From assembly GCA_036339735.1 (NCBI GenBank), contig JAYZAL010000001.1, positions 1 through 64,000 on the forward strand: a stretch of 64,000 nt of DNA, written 5' to 3'. The notes under the pieces were generated by a model. The model saw nothing but the letters and a program-made list of their open reading frames with translations, made no database searches and was not told where the DNA came from. The position numbers were made by a program, and so were the translations under genes. This stretch comes from Candidatus Poribacteria bacterium. GTDB taxonomy: Bacteria > Poribacteria > WGA-4E > UBA9662. This document shows positions 18,927 through 32,400 of the stretch, piece by piece. The first letter of the stretch is position 1, and each line of letters opens with the position of its first letter.

Positions 18927-19853
18927 TTAGTATCCAATTACACCAATACCTTCTCGATAAGTTGCGGCGGAGCGGTGTAGAGAATCTAACTCCTCGCTAC
19001 TGAGATCAATCTCCACAATTTTTTCTATACCATCCGCACCTAGGATGATTGGTACACCAATATAGAGATCATCAATTCCATATTGGCCTGTTAGGTGTGC
19101 GGAGCAAGGAATTAGGCGTTTTTTGTCTAAAACAATGGCTTCTGCCATCTGAGCGAGAGAAGCACCGGCAGCATAATATCCACTAACTTTAAGAAGCTCT
19201 ACTATTTCACCCCCACCATTCCGCGTCCGATCTGAAATTTCGTCGATTCGTTGTGGTGAAATCAGTTGAGTAATTGGGATTCCACCAACCGTCGTATATC
19301 GAGGCAAGGGTACCATAGTATCCCCGTGACCTCCCATTACCATTGCAGTAATATCTTCAACCGAGACATCAAGCTCCATGGAAATAAAAGTTCTGAACCG
19401 AGCTGAATCTAGAATACCAGCTTGTCCTACTACCCGTTCAGCAGGAAATCCACTAACCTTCCAAGCGTGATAAGTCATAATATCAAGTGGATTAGTCAAC
19501 ATTACAATTACAGTTTCGGGTGAATGTTTTACTACATTTTCGGCCACTGAAGCAACAATCTGGGCATTGGTATTAAGCAGATCTTCCCTTGTCATTCCGG
19601 GTTTTCTCGGCGATCCCGACGTAATAATAACCACATCGGAACCAGCAGTTTCTTCATAGCTAACTGAGCCCGTTAGTTTAGCATCAAACATTTCTACTGG
19701 GCCTGTTTGTGCCATATCCAAAGCTTTGCCTTGTGGTACACCATCAATGATATCAACCATCACCACATCGCCTAATTGCTTCTGTGCGATGAGGAACGCC
19801 GCTGTCGCGCCGACATTACCAGCACCAATTACGCTAATTTTTTTTCTTCCCAT
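18927..19853 (-). CDS. mdh: Malate dehydrogenase (LDH-like)
   Basis: GAGNVG, PRKPGMTREDL, TNPLD, LDSARF, GGHGD. Confidence 0.96.
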   Translation of the reverse strand: MGRKKISVIGAGNVGATAAFLIAQKQLGDVVMVDIIDGVPQGKALDMAQTGPVEMFDAKLTGSVSYEETAGSDVVIITSGSPRKPGMTREDLLNTNAQIVASVAENVVKHSPETVIVMLTNPLDIMTYHAWKVSGFPAERVVGQAGILDSARFRTFISMELDVSVEDITAMVMGGHGDTMVPLPRYTTVGGIPITQLISPQRIDEISDRTRNGGGEIVELLKVSGYYAAGASLAQMAEAIVLDKKRLIPCSAHLTGQYGIDDLYIGVPIILGADGIEKIVEIDLSSEELDSLHRSAATYREGIGVIGY

Positions 19854-19858
19854 GTGTC

Positions 19859-21109
19859 TTACTCCATGTTTTCTATGATGGCCGAGCCAAATTCAGATGT
19901 CTTTAGCTTAGTTGCTCCATCCATAAGGCGTTCTAAATCGTAAGTTACTCTTTTTTGAATGATCGTCTGTTCCATCCCTTTGGTTACCAAGTCTGCTGCT
20001 GACTGCCAACCCAAATGTTCCAGCATCATAACAGCAGACAGGATTAACGAACTCGGGTTAGCAACGTCCTGATCTGTGTATTTGGGTGCTGTCCCATGTG
20101 TGGCTTCAAATAGAGCAGCTACATCACCGATATTGCCGCCCGGTGCCATTCCAATTCCACCCACTTGAGCCGCACAGGCATCCGATAGGTAGTCACCGTT
20201 CAGATTAGATGTGGCAATTACATCGTAATCAGCAGTTCGTGTCAAAATTTGTTGCAGCATGCTGTCAGCAATCCGGTCTTTAATGACAATTTTGCCCTCC
20301 GGAATTTGACCATCATGCTTATCCCATAAGTCAGCTTCAGAAATTGTCTGATCCGAAAATTCATCGGCGGCTAATTCGTATCCCCACTCCGAAAAAGCTC
20401 CTTCGGTAAATTTCATAATATTACCTTTATGAACCAAGGTAACACTTTCACGTTGATGATCAATTGCATACTGGATCGCCATCCTAACTAGGCGTTTTGT
20501 ACCAAAAATGCTAATCGGCTTTATACCAATACCTGAGTCAGGGCGAACTGTTTGTCCCATTTCATTCTGCAAGAAATCGATCACACGCTTAGCTTCTGCT
20601 GAACCTTGCATCCACTCGATTCCTGCGTAGACGTCTTCTGTGTTTTCACGAAAAATCACGACATTCATGTCTTCGGGGTTACGTACTGGGGTAATAACGC
20701 CCTCGAAATGCCGAACAGGTCGAACACAAGCAAACAAGTCGAGTTCTTGACGCAAAGTTACGTTCAAGCTACGAAACCCCCCACCAACAGGTGTAGTCAG
20801 AGGTCCTTTGAGAGCCACGCCAAATTCTCTAATGGCTTGAAATGTATCTTCTGGTAGCCATTCGCCATACTTTTCTTGTGCGTTCTCACCAGCATATATA
20901 TCAAACCAAACGATTTGTTTCTCCCCATCGAATGCTTTCTGAACAGCAGCATCAATAACCCGACGGGTAGCCTTCATGATGTCTCGTCCAATACCATCAC
21001 CTTCAATTACTGGAATAATTGGTTGATTAGGTACTGTTAGCTTCTGTTCACTATCTTTTTCGATTTTCTCACCGTCTAGAGGCAAGGAAAGCTTGTCATA
21101 ATTACCCAT
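19859..21109 (-). CDS. icd: Isocitrate dehydrogenase (NADP, dimeric)
   Basis: [60 protein letters not shown]. Confidence 0.97.
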   Translation of the reverse strand: MGNYDKLSLPLDGEKIEKDSEQKLTVPNQPIIPVIEGDGIGRDIMKATRRVIDAAVQKAFDGEKQIVWFDIYAGENAQEKYGEWLPEDTFQAIREFGVALKGPLTTPVGGGFRSLNVTLRQELDLFACVRPVRHFEGVITPVRNPEDMNVVIFRENTEDVYAGIEWMQGSAEAKRVIDFLQNEMGQTVRPDSGIGIKPISIFGTKRLVRMAIQYAIDHQRESVTLVHKGNIMKFTEGAFSEWGYELAADEFSDQTISEADLWDKHDGQIPEGKIVIKDRIADSMLQQILTRTADYDVIATSNLNGDYLSDACAAQVGGIGMAPGGNIGDVAALFEATHGTAPKYTDQDVANPSSLILSAVMMLEHLGWQSAADLVTKGMEQTIIQKRVTYDLERLMDGATKLKTSEFGSAIIENME

Positions 21110-21152
21110 TGTTGCTCCTAATGGTATCTAGCTTGATTATTCAGTAAAAAAG

Positions 21153-22721
21153 TTAATTTTTGATAAAAGCGTGATCAACCCGACGTAAACGATCATGAAC
21201 ACTTAACACCTGATCAGGTACGTTCTGATCTTCTTCTGTGTCAGGAACAATTTTTGGGTCAGGTGCAATCACTGGTCTTATGATTTTAAGTTGTAGTTGT
21301 TCTCTTCCATCCATCATCCAACCAAATCCACGAAAAACGTAAGTCAATAGTGTTCGATCTGCATCACTGATTCCTAGTGCTTCCTGAACACTCCAAGCCC
21401 CAAAGTCCGTGTTTGGCGTGAGACGAAGAGGCGGATCATTTTCTCGGCCAGGCCGAACTACGCCTTCTACCAATGCAATCTGATAAAGCCTCTGGATAAT
21501 TCCTAAACGATTTAGCTGGTGCTCAGAAAGTTGAATTTCCCCCTTATCAATCGCTGCAAATAATGGAGAAAGATAAATTGCGGCTCTCGGATCCTGTTGA
21601 ATTTGATTACCACGACCAGCTGCAGAAATTTCCGGATGTCCAAACGTCGGTATGCTAGTTGAGCCTTTCAATCTTTCTCGGATTAAAACTTCTCGTTCTT
21701 CTGTAGATAATACTTCCAATTCTTGGATCAATCGAGTCAAGTTGTGAATTGCGCCGAAGTGTCGTTTCCCATCTAGGATCATTTGAGAAGCGACGAAAAA
21801 GTCAGAAGTGCTGAGAGCATGAAGAGATGCCATATAACGAGCCACCATATTCGATGCTGCGGAACCGTGATGAGTCTGAATCATACCCATCATTTCTAAA
21901 ATTTCCCCTTCAACCTTGGCTACTTCTCGCCCTAATAGTAAGCTATAGGTGGTCTGAAAAGCTGTTTTCTCATCTGCCTGATGCTGTTTAACGAAATTTG
22001 TGGTTTGTTCTGCTAAATCAGCTACTGATACATCATTATTTTCTTCCAAACGATAACGCATATAAGTTGACATAGCACCAATAGCTACATTACCCATATG
22101 GTTTGAAATTTGCTGAATCAGGAACAGACCAGAATGACGACTATCACTAAACCCCTGATCAGGCCGATGAGCTGTCTCGCCTTTTTTTAAAGCCGACAAA
22201 TGCTGAATGACCAACTCGGGTCCTGCTTCTGGGTAAGCTTTCATGAAGTTAGCTACTAGATGAGGGACCGCCTGACGACCATCTAGCCCTGACCGACGTT
22301 CTTTAATTGTACGGTAAAATTTTCGATCTATCAGAGCAGCCAGAACCTCTGCCTGATCAAGGCCATCTACTGTCTCCGGTCGTCGACCAAACAAGCCCGC
22401 GTAGATTAGTTGGGCTGGAGTCAGTTTTCCTGCCACAATTTCACCCTCTCTAACCTGTCCGCGAATAGAAAAACTTCTGATTTGTAACTCAATTTCGGTC
22501 CCTTCACACATTGCAGTAGCTGAGTGCTGAACGGGATTAGCAAATACAGCAGTTGACTGAGGTAATGACGACAAACCTGCTAGTGTAGAAGTAATTCCTT
22601 TCTCATCTAAAGTCTGGCTTCTTTCTATGGCATCTGAAACCGGAGTATAATTTGAGGGTGGCGGGACTTCTGACAGCGTTTGTCGAATCAGGCGTAATCG
22701 TTTCTGGCTTGATATTTCCAT
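21153..22721 (-). CDS. Divergent citrate synthase-family protein
   Basis: THHG.AAS, HFGA, TFGH, DPRA, PNTDF, FRGFGW and IIRP occur in canonical order; directly upstream of icd-mdh. Confidence 0.75.
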   Translation of the reverse strand: MEISSQKRLRLIRQTLSEVPPPSNYTPVSDAIERSQTLDEKGITSTLAGLSSLPQSTAVFANPVQHSATAMCEGTEIELQIRSFSIRGQVREGEIVAGKLTPAQLIYAGLFGRRPETVDGLDQAEVLAALIDRKFYRTIKERRSGLDGRQAVPHLVANFMKAYPEAGPELVIQHLSALKKGETAHRPDQGFSDSRHSGLFLIQQISNHMGNVAIGAMSTYMRYRLEENNDVSVADLAEQTTNFVKQHQADEKTAFQTTYSLLLGREVAKVEGEILEMMGMIQTHHGSAASNMVARYMASLHALSTSDFFVASQMILDGKRHFGAIHNLTRLIQELEVLSTEEREVLIRERLKGSTSIPTFGHPEISAAGRGNQIQQDPRAAIYLSPLFAAIDKGEIQLSEHQLNRLGIIQRLYQIALVEGVVRPGRENDPPLRLTPNTDFGAWSVQEALGISDADRTLLTYVFRGFGWMMDGREQLQLKIIRPVIAPDPKIVPDTEEDQNVPDQVLSVHDRLRRVDHAFIKN

Positions 22722-22862
22722 TGCACTTCCTTTCTTATGTATTTCAGCCGAGGCGAATTATATATCACTTTCCTACGATAAGTACGTTAATCAAAAGCAG
22801 GACTGATACTCATACTTGAAACTAAGAGTTGATTAATCGATTAAATATGACTCGATGCGAAG

Positions 22863-24356
22863 TCACGGCAACTCAGTTGCTCCCATTAAATAGCGATCAA
22901 CCTCACGAGCTGCTCCTCGTCCTTCTTTAAAAGCCCAAACTACTAAGCTTTGACCACGACGCATATCTCCAGCTGTAAACACACCCGGAACGCTAGTAGT
23001 ATAAACGTCTTCATCGGCCTGTACATTTGAGCGAGCGTCCCGTGCCACGTCTAGTTGCTCAAGCATAGCATCATCTGGACCTAGAAAACCCATAGCTAAT
23101 AAAACTAAATCAGCTGGCCAAATTTTCTCGGTACCTTCAATTGGTTTCGGGAATGGTCGGCCGTTGTCCCCAGGTACCCACTCTACTTGAGCTGTATGGA
23201 GCTCTGTCACATTACCATTAACATCTCCAACAAACTTGGTCGTGTTAATGAGGTATTCTCTTGGGTCTGCCCCGAAGTGAGCTGCAGCTTCTTCTTGGCC
23301 ATAATCAAGTTTGTAGATGCGAGGGTATTCTGGCCAAGGGTTATTGTCAGCTCTTTCATCAGGTGGACGTTGCATAATTTCAAACTGGGTTAGTGATTTA
23401 CAACCGTGTCTCAGCGATGTTCCAACGCAGTCGGTACCTGTATCACCTCCACCGATGACAATCACATGCTTACCCTGAGCTGAAATATAATTGTTATCTT
23501 TATGTTCAGAATCTAGTAAGCTTTTGGTATTCTGGTGCAAAAATTTAACGGCAAAATGAATGCCATCAAGTTCTCTTCCTTCAATGGGTAAATCTCGAGG
23601 CTTGGTAGCACCACCACAGAGAACCATCGCATCAAAAGAATCCATCAACTCATTAGCCTCGATATCTTTTCCAATTTCGGTATTTGTAACGAAACTAATT
23701 CCCTCTTCTGTCATTAAATCAACACGCCGTTGTACATACTTTTTGTCCAACTTCATATTCGGAATGCCATACGTTAAGAGCCCCCCGATACGATCGGCAC
23801 GTTCATAAACAGTAACCCAATGGCCGGCTTTATTAAGTTGAGCTGCACAAGATAGCCCCGCTGGTCCCGATCCTACTACAGCCACCTTCTTTCCAGTTCT
23901 TTTCTCAGGTGGCTCAGGTACAATCCAACCTTCTTCCCATCCTTTATCTACGATGGAAACTTCAATATTTTTGATTGTTACTGGAGGTTCGATCATACCC
24001 AAAACGCAAGCCCCTTCGCAAGGCGCGGGGCAAACCCTACCCGTAAATTCCGGGAAATTATTGGTTTTGTGAAGCCTGTCTAGCGCTTCTTTCCAAAGCC
24101 CCCGATAGACCAGATCATTCCACTCTGGAATTAGATTATTGATAGGGCAACCAGATGCAGCTGGACTAGCCTCCGGTAGCCGCATTCCTGTGTGACAGAA
24201 AGGTATACCGCAATCCATACATCGCGAACCTTGTGCCTGCAACTTACTTTTGTCAAAATGGAGGTGAAACTCCTCCCAATCCTTGATTCGCTCTAACGGT
24301 GAACGGTCATTCGGAAGTTCACGGTCATATTCCATAAACCCAGTTGGTTTTCCCAT
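22863..24356 (-). CDS. gltD: Glutamate synthase small subunit
   Basis: [55 protein letters not shown]. Confidence 0.97.
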   Translation of the reverse strand: MGKPTGFMEYDRELPNDRSPLERIKDWEEFHLHFDKSKLQAQGSRCMDCGIPFCHTGMRLPEASPAASGCPINNLIPEWNDLVYRGLWKEALDRLHKTNNFPEFTGRVCPAPCEGACVLGMIEPPVTIKNIEVSIVDKGWEEGWIVPEPPEKRTGKKVAVVGSGPAGLSCAAQLNKAGHWVTVYERADRIGGLLTYGIPNMKLDKKYVQRRVDLMTEEGISFVTNTEIGKDIEANELMDSFDAMVLCGGATKPRDLPIEGRELDGIHFAVKFLHQNTKSLLDSEHKDNNYISAQGKHVIVIGGGDTGTDCVGTSLRHGCKSLTQFEIMQRPPDERADNNPWPEYPRIYKLDYGQEEAAAHFGADPREYLINTTKFVGDVNGNVTELHTAQVEWVPGDNGRPFPKPIEGTEKIWPADLVLLAMGFLGPDDAMLEQLDVARDARSNVQADEDVYTTSVPGVFTAGDMRRGQSLVVWAFKEGRGAAREVDRYLMGATELP

Positions 24357-24428
24357 TCTATCTCCTTAATCCCTAACCATTTTCCACTTAGCTTTGTAAT
24401 TATCTCTACCCAATTTCTATAATCAAAT

Positions 24429-27400
24429 TTACACTGCTCGACGGAATGCAGCCAACCAGGCATCTTCACCTTCTAGCCCTTCACTCTGAACTTCCTCGTA
24501 AGCATCTAAGATCCTCTTATAATCATCAGGAAGGACCTTAACAAATTGGTCTACTGATTGTTCCCAATTATTCAAAACCATCTCGGCAACTCTACTGCCA
24601 GTATACTGCAAATGACGTTGAACCATCTCTCTCAGCTCATCAATTTCAGAAGAATCCTCTAACTTTACCAAACTACATTGTTCTTGGTTACAACGAATAT
24701 GGAAATCCCCTGCCTGATCTAGTACATATGCCACGCCTCCAGACATACCACCAGCAAAGTTACGTCCAGTTTCACCTAGAATAACAACTTTACCACCAGT
24801 CATGTACTCACATCCATGATCGCCAACCCCTTCAACCACAGCACTCACACCACTGTTTCGTACACAGAAGCGTTCACCGGCCATACCATTGATGTATGCT
24901 TCGCCAGCAGTCGCTCCATAAAAAGCAACATTGCCAATGATAATATTTTCTTCGGCTTTGAATGTTGAGGCCGCTGGAGGATAAACCAACAATTTACTAC
25001 CCGAAAGACCTTTACCAAAATAGTCATTGGCATCTCCTTCCAAACGAAAGGTTATACCTGACGGGGTAAAAGCTGCAAATGACTGACCCGCTGAGCCTTG
25101 AAATTTAATATCGATGGTATCTTCTGGCAACCCGTCAATTCCAAATTTCCGTGTTAATTGACTACCTAGGATTGTTCCTACCACACGATCGATATTGGTA
25201 ATTGGTAGGGTACCAGTGACCTTTTCTGATTTTTCTAGAGCCGGCTGACATAGATCCAGTAAAACTCGCTTATCTAGGGATTTTTCCAATCCATGGTCTT
25301 GGTCAATTTGACGATAACGTCCAATATCGGAACCAACTTCTGGCTGATGAAGTAAAGGTGTTAGGTCTAGCCCCTTTGCTTTCCAGTGTTGAACAGCTTT
25401 TTTCGGCTCTAACAGATCAGTACGACCTATCATCTCGTTTATAGTACGTACTCCCAAGGATGCCATGATCTCTCTCATATCCTCTGCTATGAAGCGCAGA
25501 AAATTAACCACGTAGCTCGGATCCCCCATAAACTTCTTTCGAAGTTCAGGATTCTGAGTGGCAACGCCAACAGGACAAGTATCCAGATGGCAAACCCGCA
25601 TCATTATGCAACCTAAGGCAACGAGGGCAGTCGTAGCGAAACCGAATTCTTCAGCTCCTAGCAGTGTAGCTATTACCACATCTCTTCCTGTTTTTAACTG
25701 CCCATCTGTTTCGACAACGATTCGAGATCTTAAATCGTTTAATACCAATGTCTGATGGGTTTCAGCTACACCAAGTTCCCAAGGTAGCCCTGCATGCTTG
25801 ATACTGGTTTGCGGGGAAGCACCAGTACCGCCGTCAAGCCCACTAATTAGGACCACATCAGCATGGCCTTTCGCCACACCGGCAGCTACTGTTCCCACTC
25901 CAACTTCTGATACCAGTTTAACATTAATTCGAGCTTGCGGATTGGAATTTTTCAAATCATGTACTAGCTGAGCTAAATCTTCAATAGAGTAAATATCATG
26001 ATGTGGTGGTGGCGATATCAGCTCCACACCAGGTGTTGAATGCCGAACTGTCGCAATCCAAGGATAAACCTTTGGGCCGGGCAATTCTCCCCCTTCTCCG
26101 GGTTTCGCTCCTTGTGCCATTTTAATTTGAATTTCTTTGGCTTCTACCAAGTATTTACTGGTCACACCAAACCGACCGGAAGCTACCTGCTTAATAGCAC
26201 TATTTTTGGAATCTCCATTTGGCTCGGGTGTATAACGTGCGGGGTCTTCTCCTCCCTCACCGGTATTACTCTTTCCACCAATTCGATTCATGGCGATAGC
26301 CAGTGCTTCATGTGCTTCTTTACTGATTGAACCATAAGACATCGCACCAGTCTTAAATCGAGCAAAGATAGATTCTGCTGGCTCAACTTCTGTTATGGGG
26401 ATAGGATTGTCGACAGGCTTGAACTCTAAAAGTCCGCGGAGCGTACCAAGCTGCTCTGATTGATCGTTAAGCAGACGAGCATAATCTTTATACACCTCGT
26501 AATTATCAGTTCGCGTTGCTAACTGTAGTTTGTGAATAGTCATAGGGTTAAACTGATGATATTCGCCGTCTTCACGCCACTGGTAGTGTCCACCAACATC
26601 AAGTGTCTGATCCTTGGCTGGAGTCTCTGGGTAAGCACGTTGATGTCGAATTAAAGCTTCCTCTGCAATTACATCCAGCCCAATACCTTCAACTCGACTT
26701 TCACTCCAAGTAAAGTATTTATCGATAACAGACTGCTTAATACCAACTGCCTCAAAAATCTGGGCACCACGATAAGATTTTATGGTCGAAATACCGATTT
26801 TTGCCATGACCTTAACTACACCCTTGGTAGCAGATTTGATATAACCTTTTACTGCATCCTGGTATTCAATTTCGGTTAACTGACCTTGATCAATCATATC
26901 AGCCAAACTTTCAAAAGCAAGATATGGGTTGATGGCTTGAACTCCATAACCAATTAACAAGCAAAAATGATGTACTTCTCTTGGCTCACCTGATTCAAGT
27001 GCAATTCCTACTTGGGACCTTGTGCCCCGTCGGATCAAGTGATGATGAAGCCCCGCAACTGCTAACAAGGCAGGGATTGGAACATTGCTTTGATCATGGT
27101 TTCGATCGGACAATATTAAAATTGTTGTCCCATTAGCAATGGCTTCATCTGCACGATCGAATAAACTTTCCATTGCTTGTTCTAAACTTTGCCCTCCGTC
27201 ATCAGATTTAGTGAATAAGATGGGCAGAGTTTCAGATTGTAACCCTTCTTGGTTGACTTTCTTTAATTTCTCGATCTCATCGTCCGACAAAATTGGTGTA
27301 TCCAGCTTGATTTGTCGACAATTTTCTGGAGTAGGGTCCAACAGGTTGCCTTCTTGGCCAATAGTTGTTTCTGGCGAAGTAACGATTTCCTCTTTCAATG

Positions 27401-29036
27401 GATCGAGTGGAGGATTCGTGACTTGAGCGAACAATTGCTTGAAATAGTTATAGAGTAAATGTGGGCGATTCGATAGAACTGCTAACGGTGCATCATTTCC
27501 CATTGAGCCGACTGGGTCGCGACCAATTTTTGACATTGGTCCCAAGAAGATTCGCTGATCTTCAAACGTATAACCAAAAGTTTGCTGCCGTTGCAAAGTT
27601 AATTGATGATCGAGTTCTGGCTCACTGATCGCTACATCTGGTAAATCGGAAAGAGACACCAAATTGTCAGCTAACCAGTCTCTATAAGGGTGTTGGGTAG
27701 CAATTTCCTCTTTGACGTCTTCATCGCTCACGATGCGACCTTGCTCTGTATCGATGAGAAGAATACGTCCTGGTTGCAAACGTCCTTTTGTCACCACTTT
27801 TTCTGGAGCTACCTTCATGACTCCAGCTTCTGATGCCAGTACGATGAAATCATCGTCGGTAATGTAATAACGGGAAGGACGCAAACCATTCCGGTCTAAG
27901 GACGCCCCTACCGTTTTTCCATCCGTAAAAGCGATAGATGCCGGTCCATCCCATGGTTCCATCAGGCAGCTATGGTATTCGTAAAAGGCACGCTTTTGAG
28001 GACTCATACTTTCGTGGCGTTCCCAAGGTTCAGGAATCATCATCATAGCTGCATGTGCCATAGATCGGCCAGACAAAGACAGAAATTCTAAGCAGTTATC
28101 AAAAATGGCAGAGTCACTACCATCTTCATCCAGAATCGGCAGAAGCTTTTTAATATCATCGCCAAATAGTTCTGAAGCCATTTGGCCTTGGCGTGCCCTC
28201 ATCCAATTTTGATTTCCACGAATGGTGTTAATTTCACCATTATGAATCAAGTAACGGTAAGGATGAGAACGCTCCCAGCTAGGAAAAGTGTTGGTCGAGA
28301 AACGAGAATGGAATAGAGAAATTGCTACTTCCATTAAAGGATCGTGTAATTCAGGATAAAATTGACCGACTTGAATGGGGGTCAGCATTCCTTTATAAAC
28401 TATGGTACGAGAAGACAAACTCGACACGTAGAAACTTGGATCAATTGGCTCAAGATTATGGGACTCACTTCGGCCAAATCGGATGATGTTAGTTGCTTGT
28501 TTACGGATGATGTATAGCTTGCGTTCAAAGGACAAGTCATCATCAGGCATGTCGGGACTTTTTTCGATAAAAGCTTGCCAGACCTCAGGTTCAGAAATTT
28601 TGGCTGTTTTACCCAGTGTTGAGTTATCAGTTGGAACTCGGCGCCAACCGAGAAAATTCAATCCTTCCTCTTGAACGATTTGAACGAACTTTTGGTGTGC
28701 TAGCGTGTTAGATTGGCCAGACTGGGTGTGAGAGAAATAAAACATTCCTACCCCATATTCACCGATCGCGGGCAGAGTAATATTATCACTTCGACACGTA
28801 GCACGAATGAACTTGTCAGGGATTTGCATCAAAATACCAGCACCATCCCCAGTATTTGTTTCAGAACCAGCACCACCCCTATGGTCTAGGCAATTCAACG
28901 CGTCCAATGACTCTTTGACAATATAGTTTGATTTTTGGCCTTTGATATGAGCAATTAGGCCAATGCCGCAGGCATCTTTTTCATAAGCCGGATTATATAG
29001 CCCCTGCTTGGGCGGTGGGCCAAATCGTTTTTTCAT
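24429..29036 (-). CDS. gltB: Glutamate synthase large subunit (start at ATG 29036 preferred over TTG 29054)
   Basis: [50 protein letters not shown]-terminal GXGXG beta-helix. Confidence 0.97.
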   Translation of the reverse strand: MKKRFGPPPKQGLYNPAYEKDACGIGLIAHIKGQKSNYIVKESLDALNCLDHRGGAGSETNTGDGAGILMQIPDKFIRATCRSDNITLPAIGEYGVGMFYFSHTQSGQSNTLAHQKFVQIVQEEGLNFLGWRRVPTDNSTLGKTAKISEPEVWQAFIEKSPDMPDDDLSFERKLYIIRKQATNIIRFGRSESHNLEPIDPSFYVSSLSSRTIVYKGMLTPIQVGQFYPELHDPLMEVAISLFHSRFSTNTFPSWERSHPYRYLIHNGEINTIRGNQNWMRARQGQMASELFGDDIKKLLPILDEDGSDSAIFDNCLEFLSLSGRSMAHAAMMMIPEPWERHESMSPQKRAFYEYHSCLMEPWDGPASIAFTDGKTVGASLDRNGLRPSRYYITDDDFIVLASEAGVMKVAPEKVVTKGRLQPGRILLIDTEQGRIVSDEDVKEEIATQHPYRDWLADNLVSLSDLPDVAISEPELDHQLTLQRQQTFGYTFEDQRIFLGPMSKIGRDPVGSMGNDAPLAVLSNRPHLLYNYFKQLFAQVTNPPLDPLKEEIVTSPETTIGQEGNLLDPTPENCRQIKLDTPILSDDEIEKLKKVNQEGLQSETLPILFTKSDDGGQSLEQAMESLFDRADEAIANGTTILILSDRNHDQSNVPIPALLAVAGLHHHLIRRGTRSQVGIALESGEPREVHHFCLLIGYGVQAINPYLAFESLADMIDQGQLTEIEYQDAVKGYIKSATKGVVKVMAKIGISTIKSYRGAQIFEAVGIKQSVIDKYFTWSESRVEGIGLDVIAEEALIRHQRAYPETPAKDQTLDVGGHYQWREDGEYHQFNPMTIHKLQLATRTDNYEVYKDYARLLNDQSEQLGTLRGLLEFKPVDNPIPITEVEPAESIFARFKTGAMSYGSISKEAHEALAIAMNRIGGKSNTGEGGEDPARYTPEPNGDSKNSAIKQVASGRFGVTSKYLVEAKEIQIKMAQGAKPGEGGELPGPKVYPWIATVRHSTPGVELISPPPHHDIYSIEDLAQLVHDLKNSNPQARINVKLVSEVGVGTVAAGVAKGHADVVLISGLDGGTGASPQTSIKHAGLPWELGVAETHQTLVLNDLRSRIVVETDGQLKTGRDVVIATLLGAEEFGFATTALVALGCIMMRVCHLDTCPVGVATQNPELRKKFMGDPSYVVNFLRFIAEDMREIMASLGVRTINEMIGRTDLLEPKKAVQHWKAKGLDLTPLLHQPEVGSDIGRYRQIDQDHGLEKSLDKRVLLDLCQPALEKSEKVTGTLPITNIDRVVGTILGSQLTRKFGIDGLPEDTIDIKFQGSAGQSFAAFTPSGITFRLEGDANDYFGKGLSGSKLLVYPPAASTFKAEENIIIGNVAFYGATAGEAYINGMAGERFCVRNSGVSAVVEGVGDHGCEYMTGGKVVILGETGRNFAGGMSGGVAYVLDQAGDFHIRCNQEQCSLVKLEDSSEIDELREMVQRHLQYTGSRVAEMVLNNWEQSVDQFVKVLPDDYKRILDAYEEVQSEGLEGEDAWLAAFRRAV

Positions 29037-29292
29037 AGTAGGAACCTCTTCCAATTTGGTGCCGGATTACACGATTCTCGCAGCACTTGGGCGTTTGATC
29101 AAATCAAACCATATAAAATTTTGTATCTTGTACACACAGACAGGTCCATTCGGTCAAATTTGGACCATTTTTGCAAGACGATTGGGTTTTAGTACGAAGG
29201 CAGTTGGGTGTATTGCAGTATATGACGGTTAGGCTCGATCGGAATCTTTAGTTCTTCAAATTTCGTCTTTAACTTCTTCATATCTCGCCTTC

Positions 29293-29322
29293 ATTTTACC
29301 TTGGACGGGGTTAAATTGTCAA
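29293..29322 (-). promoter_or_regulatory. Sigma-70-type promoter for gltBD
   Basis: Minus strand TTGACA-N18-TAAAAT. Confidence 0.55.
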
Positions 29323-29354
29323 GCCTATCAGGGGAAGACTTGATCGGTTCATCA

Positions 29355-29363
29355 TGCTATAAT
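29355..29363 (+). promoter_or_regulatory. Extended -10 promoter for the giant protein gene
   Basis: TGCTATAAT. It abuts the GTG at 29365, implying the true start is downstream (ATG 29431). Confidence 0.5.
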
Positions 29364-29430
29364 TGTGATCAATGTCAATCAGACTGTTTTGATTCAGGCT
29401 ACTATTTTCAACTATTTTACTTCTTGGTTA

Positions 29431-32400
29431 ATGGGCAAAATTAAGGTCAGGATCACTGTTTTTACATCTTCGGTTCTTTGTCTATATTGCATACTTCTAT
29501 TTGGGTTAACCATTTTGGAAGTCGATGCCAGATTAGACATACGCCTGATTGATCGAGAACAAAATCCTGTACCAAAGGCAAGAATTCAAATTATTCCTGG
29601 CGAAAGCCACCCTGACAAAGATATCTTGCCGATAAAACCACCAGAACCTAGGCCGGACGGATTGGTTGGTTTTGCCACTGACTCCAAAGGTAGGGTTAGT
29701 GTCGATCTGCCGGATGGGCAATACACAGTGTTTGCTTCCCCCAGTTATGACTTAAACCAAAGTGAGGAAACATCTTTTCTTGTAATGAGTTCTGCCGAAG
29801 CACCTGGTGAAGTAATATTGTCCACCAACCAAACAGTTCCGGTAACGGTATCAGCGATTGGTGAAGGTGTTTTTGGTGATGGTGAATATATTCCGTTGGA
29901 GATGTCCTACGTGTATTTTCGTCCGGCCAAACGTATTTTCGGCTATGTTGGCCTTTTGGATAGTGAAGGGAATTTGGATGCTCGTATTTCTCCAGGACAT
30001 TACCATTTGATAATAAAAGGGTCGATATCTCGACACTATCTGGTTCTAAATGATCAAATTATTCGTCCACAGGCAGACAAACAATTCATCTCCTTCGATG
30101 GTCGAGAGAACATGACGGCTCAACTGGGTTTTAATTTACCTGATCAAGCTCAACTAGTTTTGCATGAAATTTTGTCATCCGAATTTACGAACGAACAAGT
30201 AGATGTTGTCGAAGATCAAATCGGATACGATGCCGCTTATACTGACGTTTATGCTCTCGATTCAGGACAATTCGTAATTCCGACACGTCTATTACCAAAT
30301 CACACATACAAAATTAACCTTAGCTATGTCATGAATCTAGATGGGCACCTTTATGCTTATGAATTTCGGGTCGATCAACTGAAAGTGGATGTGCCAGAAA
30401 CTTACACTATTGGTAATGATGGAAGTACAGCACTCAAGATAGAAGCCACCACAGATCAAACTGCTTATCCTCCAGGATCAATGGTAGCTGTCCATTTCAA
30501 AATCAGTGACACAATAGGCAATCAACTGTACCGATTTTTCAACTACTCATCGGCGCGACTGGTTTTTCCTTTTGTAGTCGTTTCAGATCCAAATGGTCGA
30601 GTTATAGCTAGCAACCCAATTACCCGTGAAATTCCAGAAGACTTTTTCCGTTTTGAGTTTTATTTGCCTGAAACTGCTCAGTCAGGCGAATATCAAGTAA
30701 ATATCAGTTTAGATGCCAGGTATTATGGGCAACTTCAAACCAGTATAAATTTCGAAGTTGAAAAAAAAATAGAAATTTTTCCACCTAAAATCTATCGAGT
30801 ATATATCCCAGAAATCACCACTGACCAAAAATTCCGTACACAGGATCCCATTCTTTTCCAAGCCCAATTAGATGAAAGTACACCGTTAGACGCGAGTTTG
30901 ATACTACAACCGAAAACAAATGAGCCTTCAGAGCTTCATTTTTTGCCCTCTACAACTATTCAAGCACAAGTAATACAAGCAGAAGCACCTTTGGAATGGA
31001 CACACCAGTGGAATATCCCAGCTAATTTTTTAGTTGGCCAACAGCTTAGATGGTCCCTTTTGGTGTCTGATTTTCGGGGAAATCAGAGTCAGGAATCAGG
31101 TTTGATTTCCACCCAAATTGGTAATACGGAAGTAGAAAAGAAAGAAACAGAAGTTCTACTCCTGCCTCAGAAAACTGTTCTATTGGCTGGCCAACAACAG
31201 TTTTTTGAATTAGCCATTCCAAAAACTGATCTAATTTCACAGATACAATGGTTTTTTGATGATTCTATTCTGGAAAAAATCGAAAATTCGACCAATAAGA
31301 TTAAAATTGAGGCAAAAAAAGTTGGAACCAGTTTTCTGAAGGTAGAAGGGGTTTTTACTCAAACGGGACAAAAATTCACTGGTGAAAGCTTGACAAAAGT
31401 GGTTTTTGGCCAATTAGCTCATATGCAAATTAGGACAGTCCCACCCCAAGTCAATAGCCTAGAATCTGGGCAAAAACTCATTCTTACCGCCATCGGGAGA
31501 GACCATTTTGGTAACCAAATGATCCTAGCTCCAAAATGGACAGTTGATGGAAATATAGGTTCTATTAAACAAATAGTTGAAGGAAACAATCAAGTACAAA
31601 CTATTTTTACTGCTATTCAGTCTGGTAAAGGCCAGATTAATGCCTATCTTTTGAGTCAAACGACTAATTTACCAATCAAAGTGTCACATGGAAAGCTTCA
31701 TGATATTACGATTGATCCATTTATTGCTTATCTCCCAGTTTCTAGTAATCAAGAACAGTTTCAATATCAGTTTATGGGGCACGGCTGGGATTTAGGACAA
31801 AACCCAATTGGTGATATTCCTATCCAATGGACTGTAGATCAAGCGGCTGGTAATATTGACCTAACAGGCTTGATGACATCAATCAATCAACCGAATACGC
31901 AGACATTGGGTAATGTTATTATCAACGGTACCGTCTGGGCCAAAGGAGAATCTGGTTCAAATCCTGGTAAGAGTGTGGTGGTAATCCAAAACCGTCCTCC
32001 ACAGACAATGAAAAAACTGCACCTGACCTTAAGTAATTTTGATCAAACTTTGGATCATTTGACTCTTGGAGTTGGGGAACAACAAAAGTTTGAAGCTACC
32101 GGCACTGATGTAAATAATCAAAGATCAGCCCCAATTGTTTCTTGGTCAGTCAATGGCCAGATTGGGCACATTCAACCCGATGGTCTTTTTACAGCTAGCC
32201 AAATTGGCCGGGGGTGGATTACTGCTATATCAGAAGGATTGTCAGCTACTATTTCACTACAAATAACAGCAGGTGAACCAGACCAAATTGTTTTAAATAC
32301 TCCCTACAAAACATTAAGAGTAGATGAAAATTTTCGACTAACTGCTACTCTGCGAGATCAGTTTGGTAATATTATTTCATCTCATTCTGAATATAGATGG

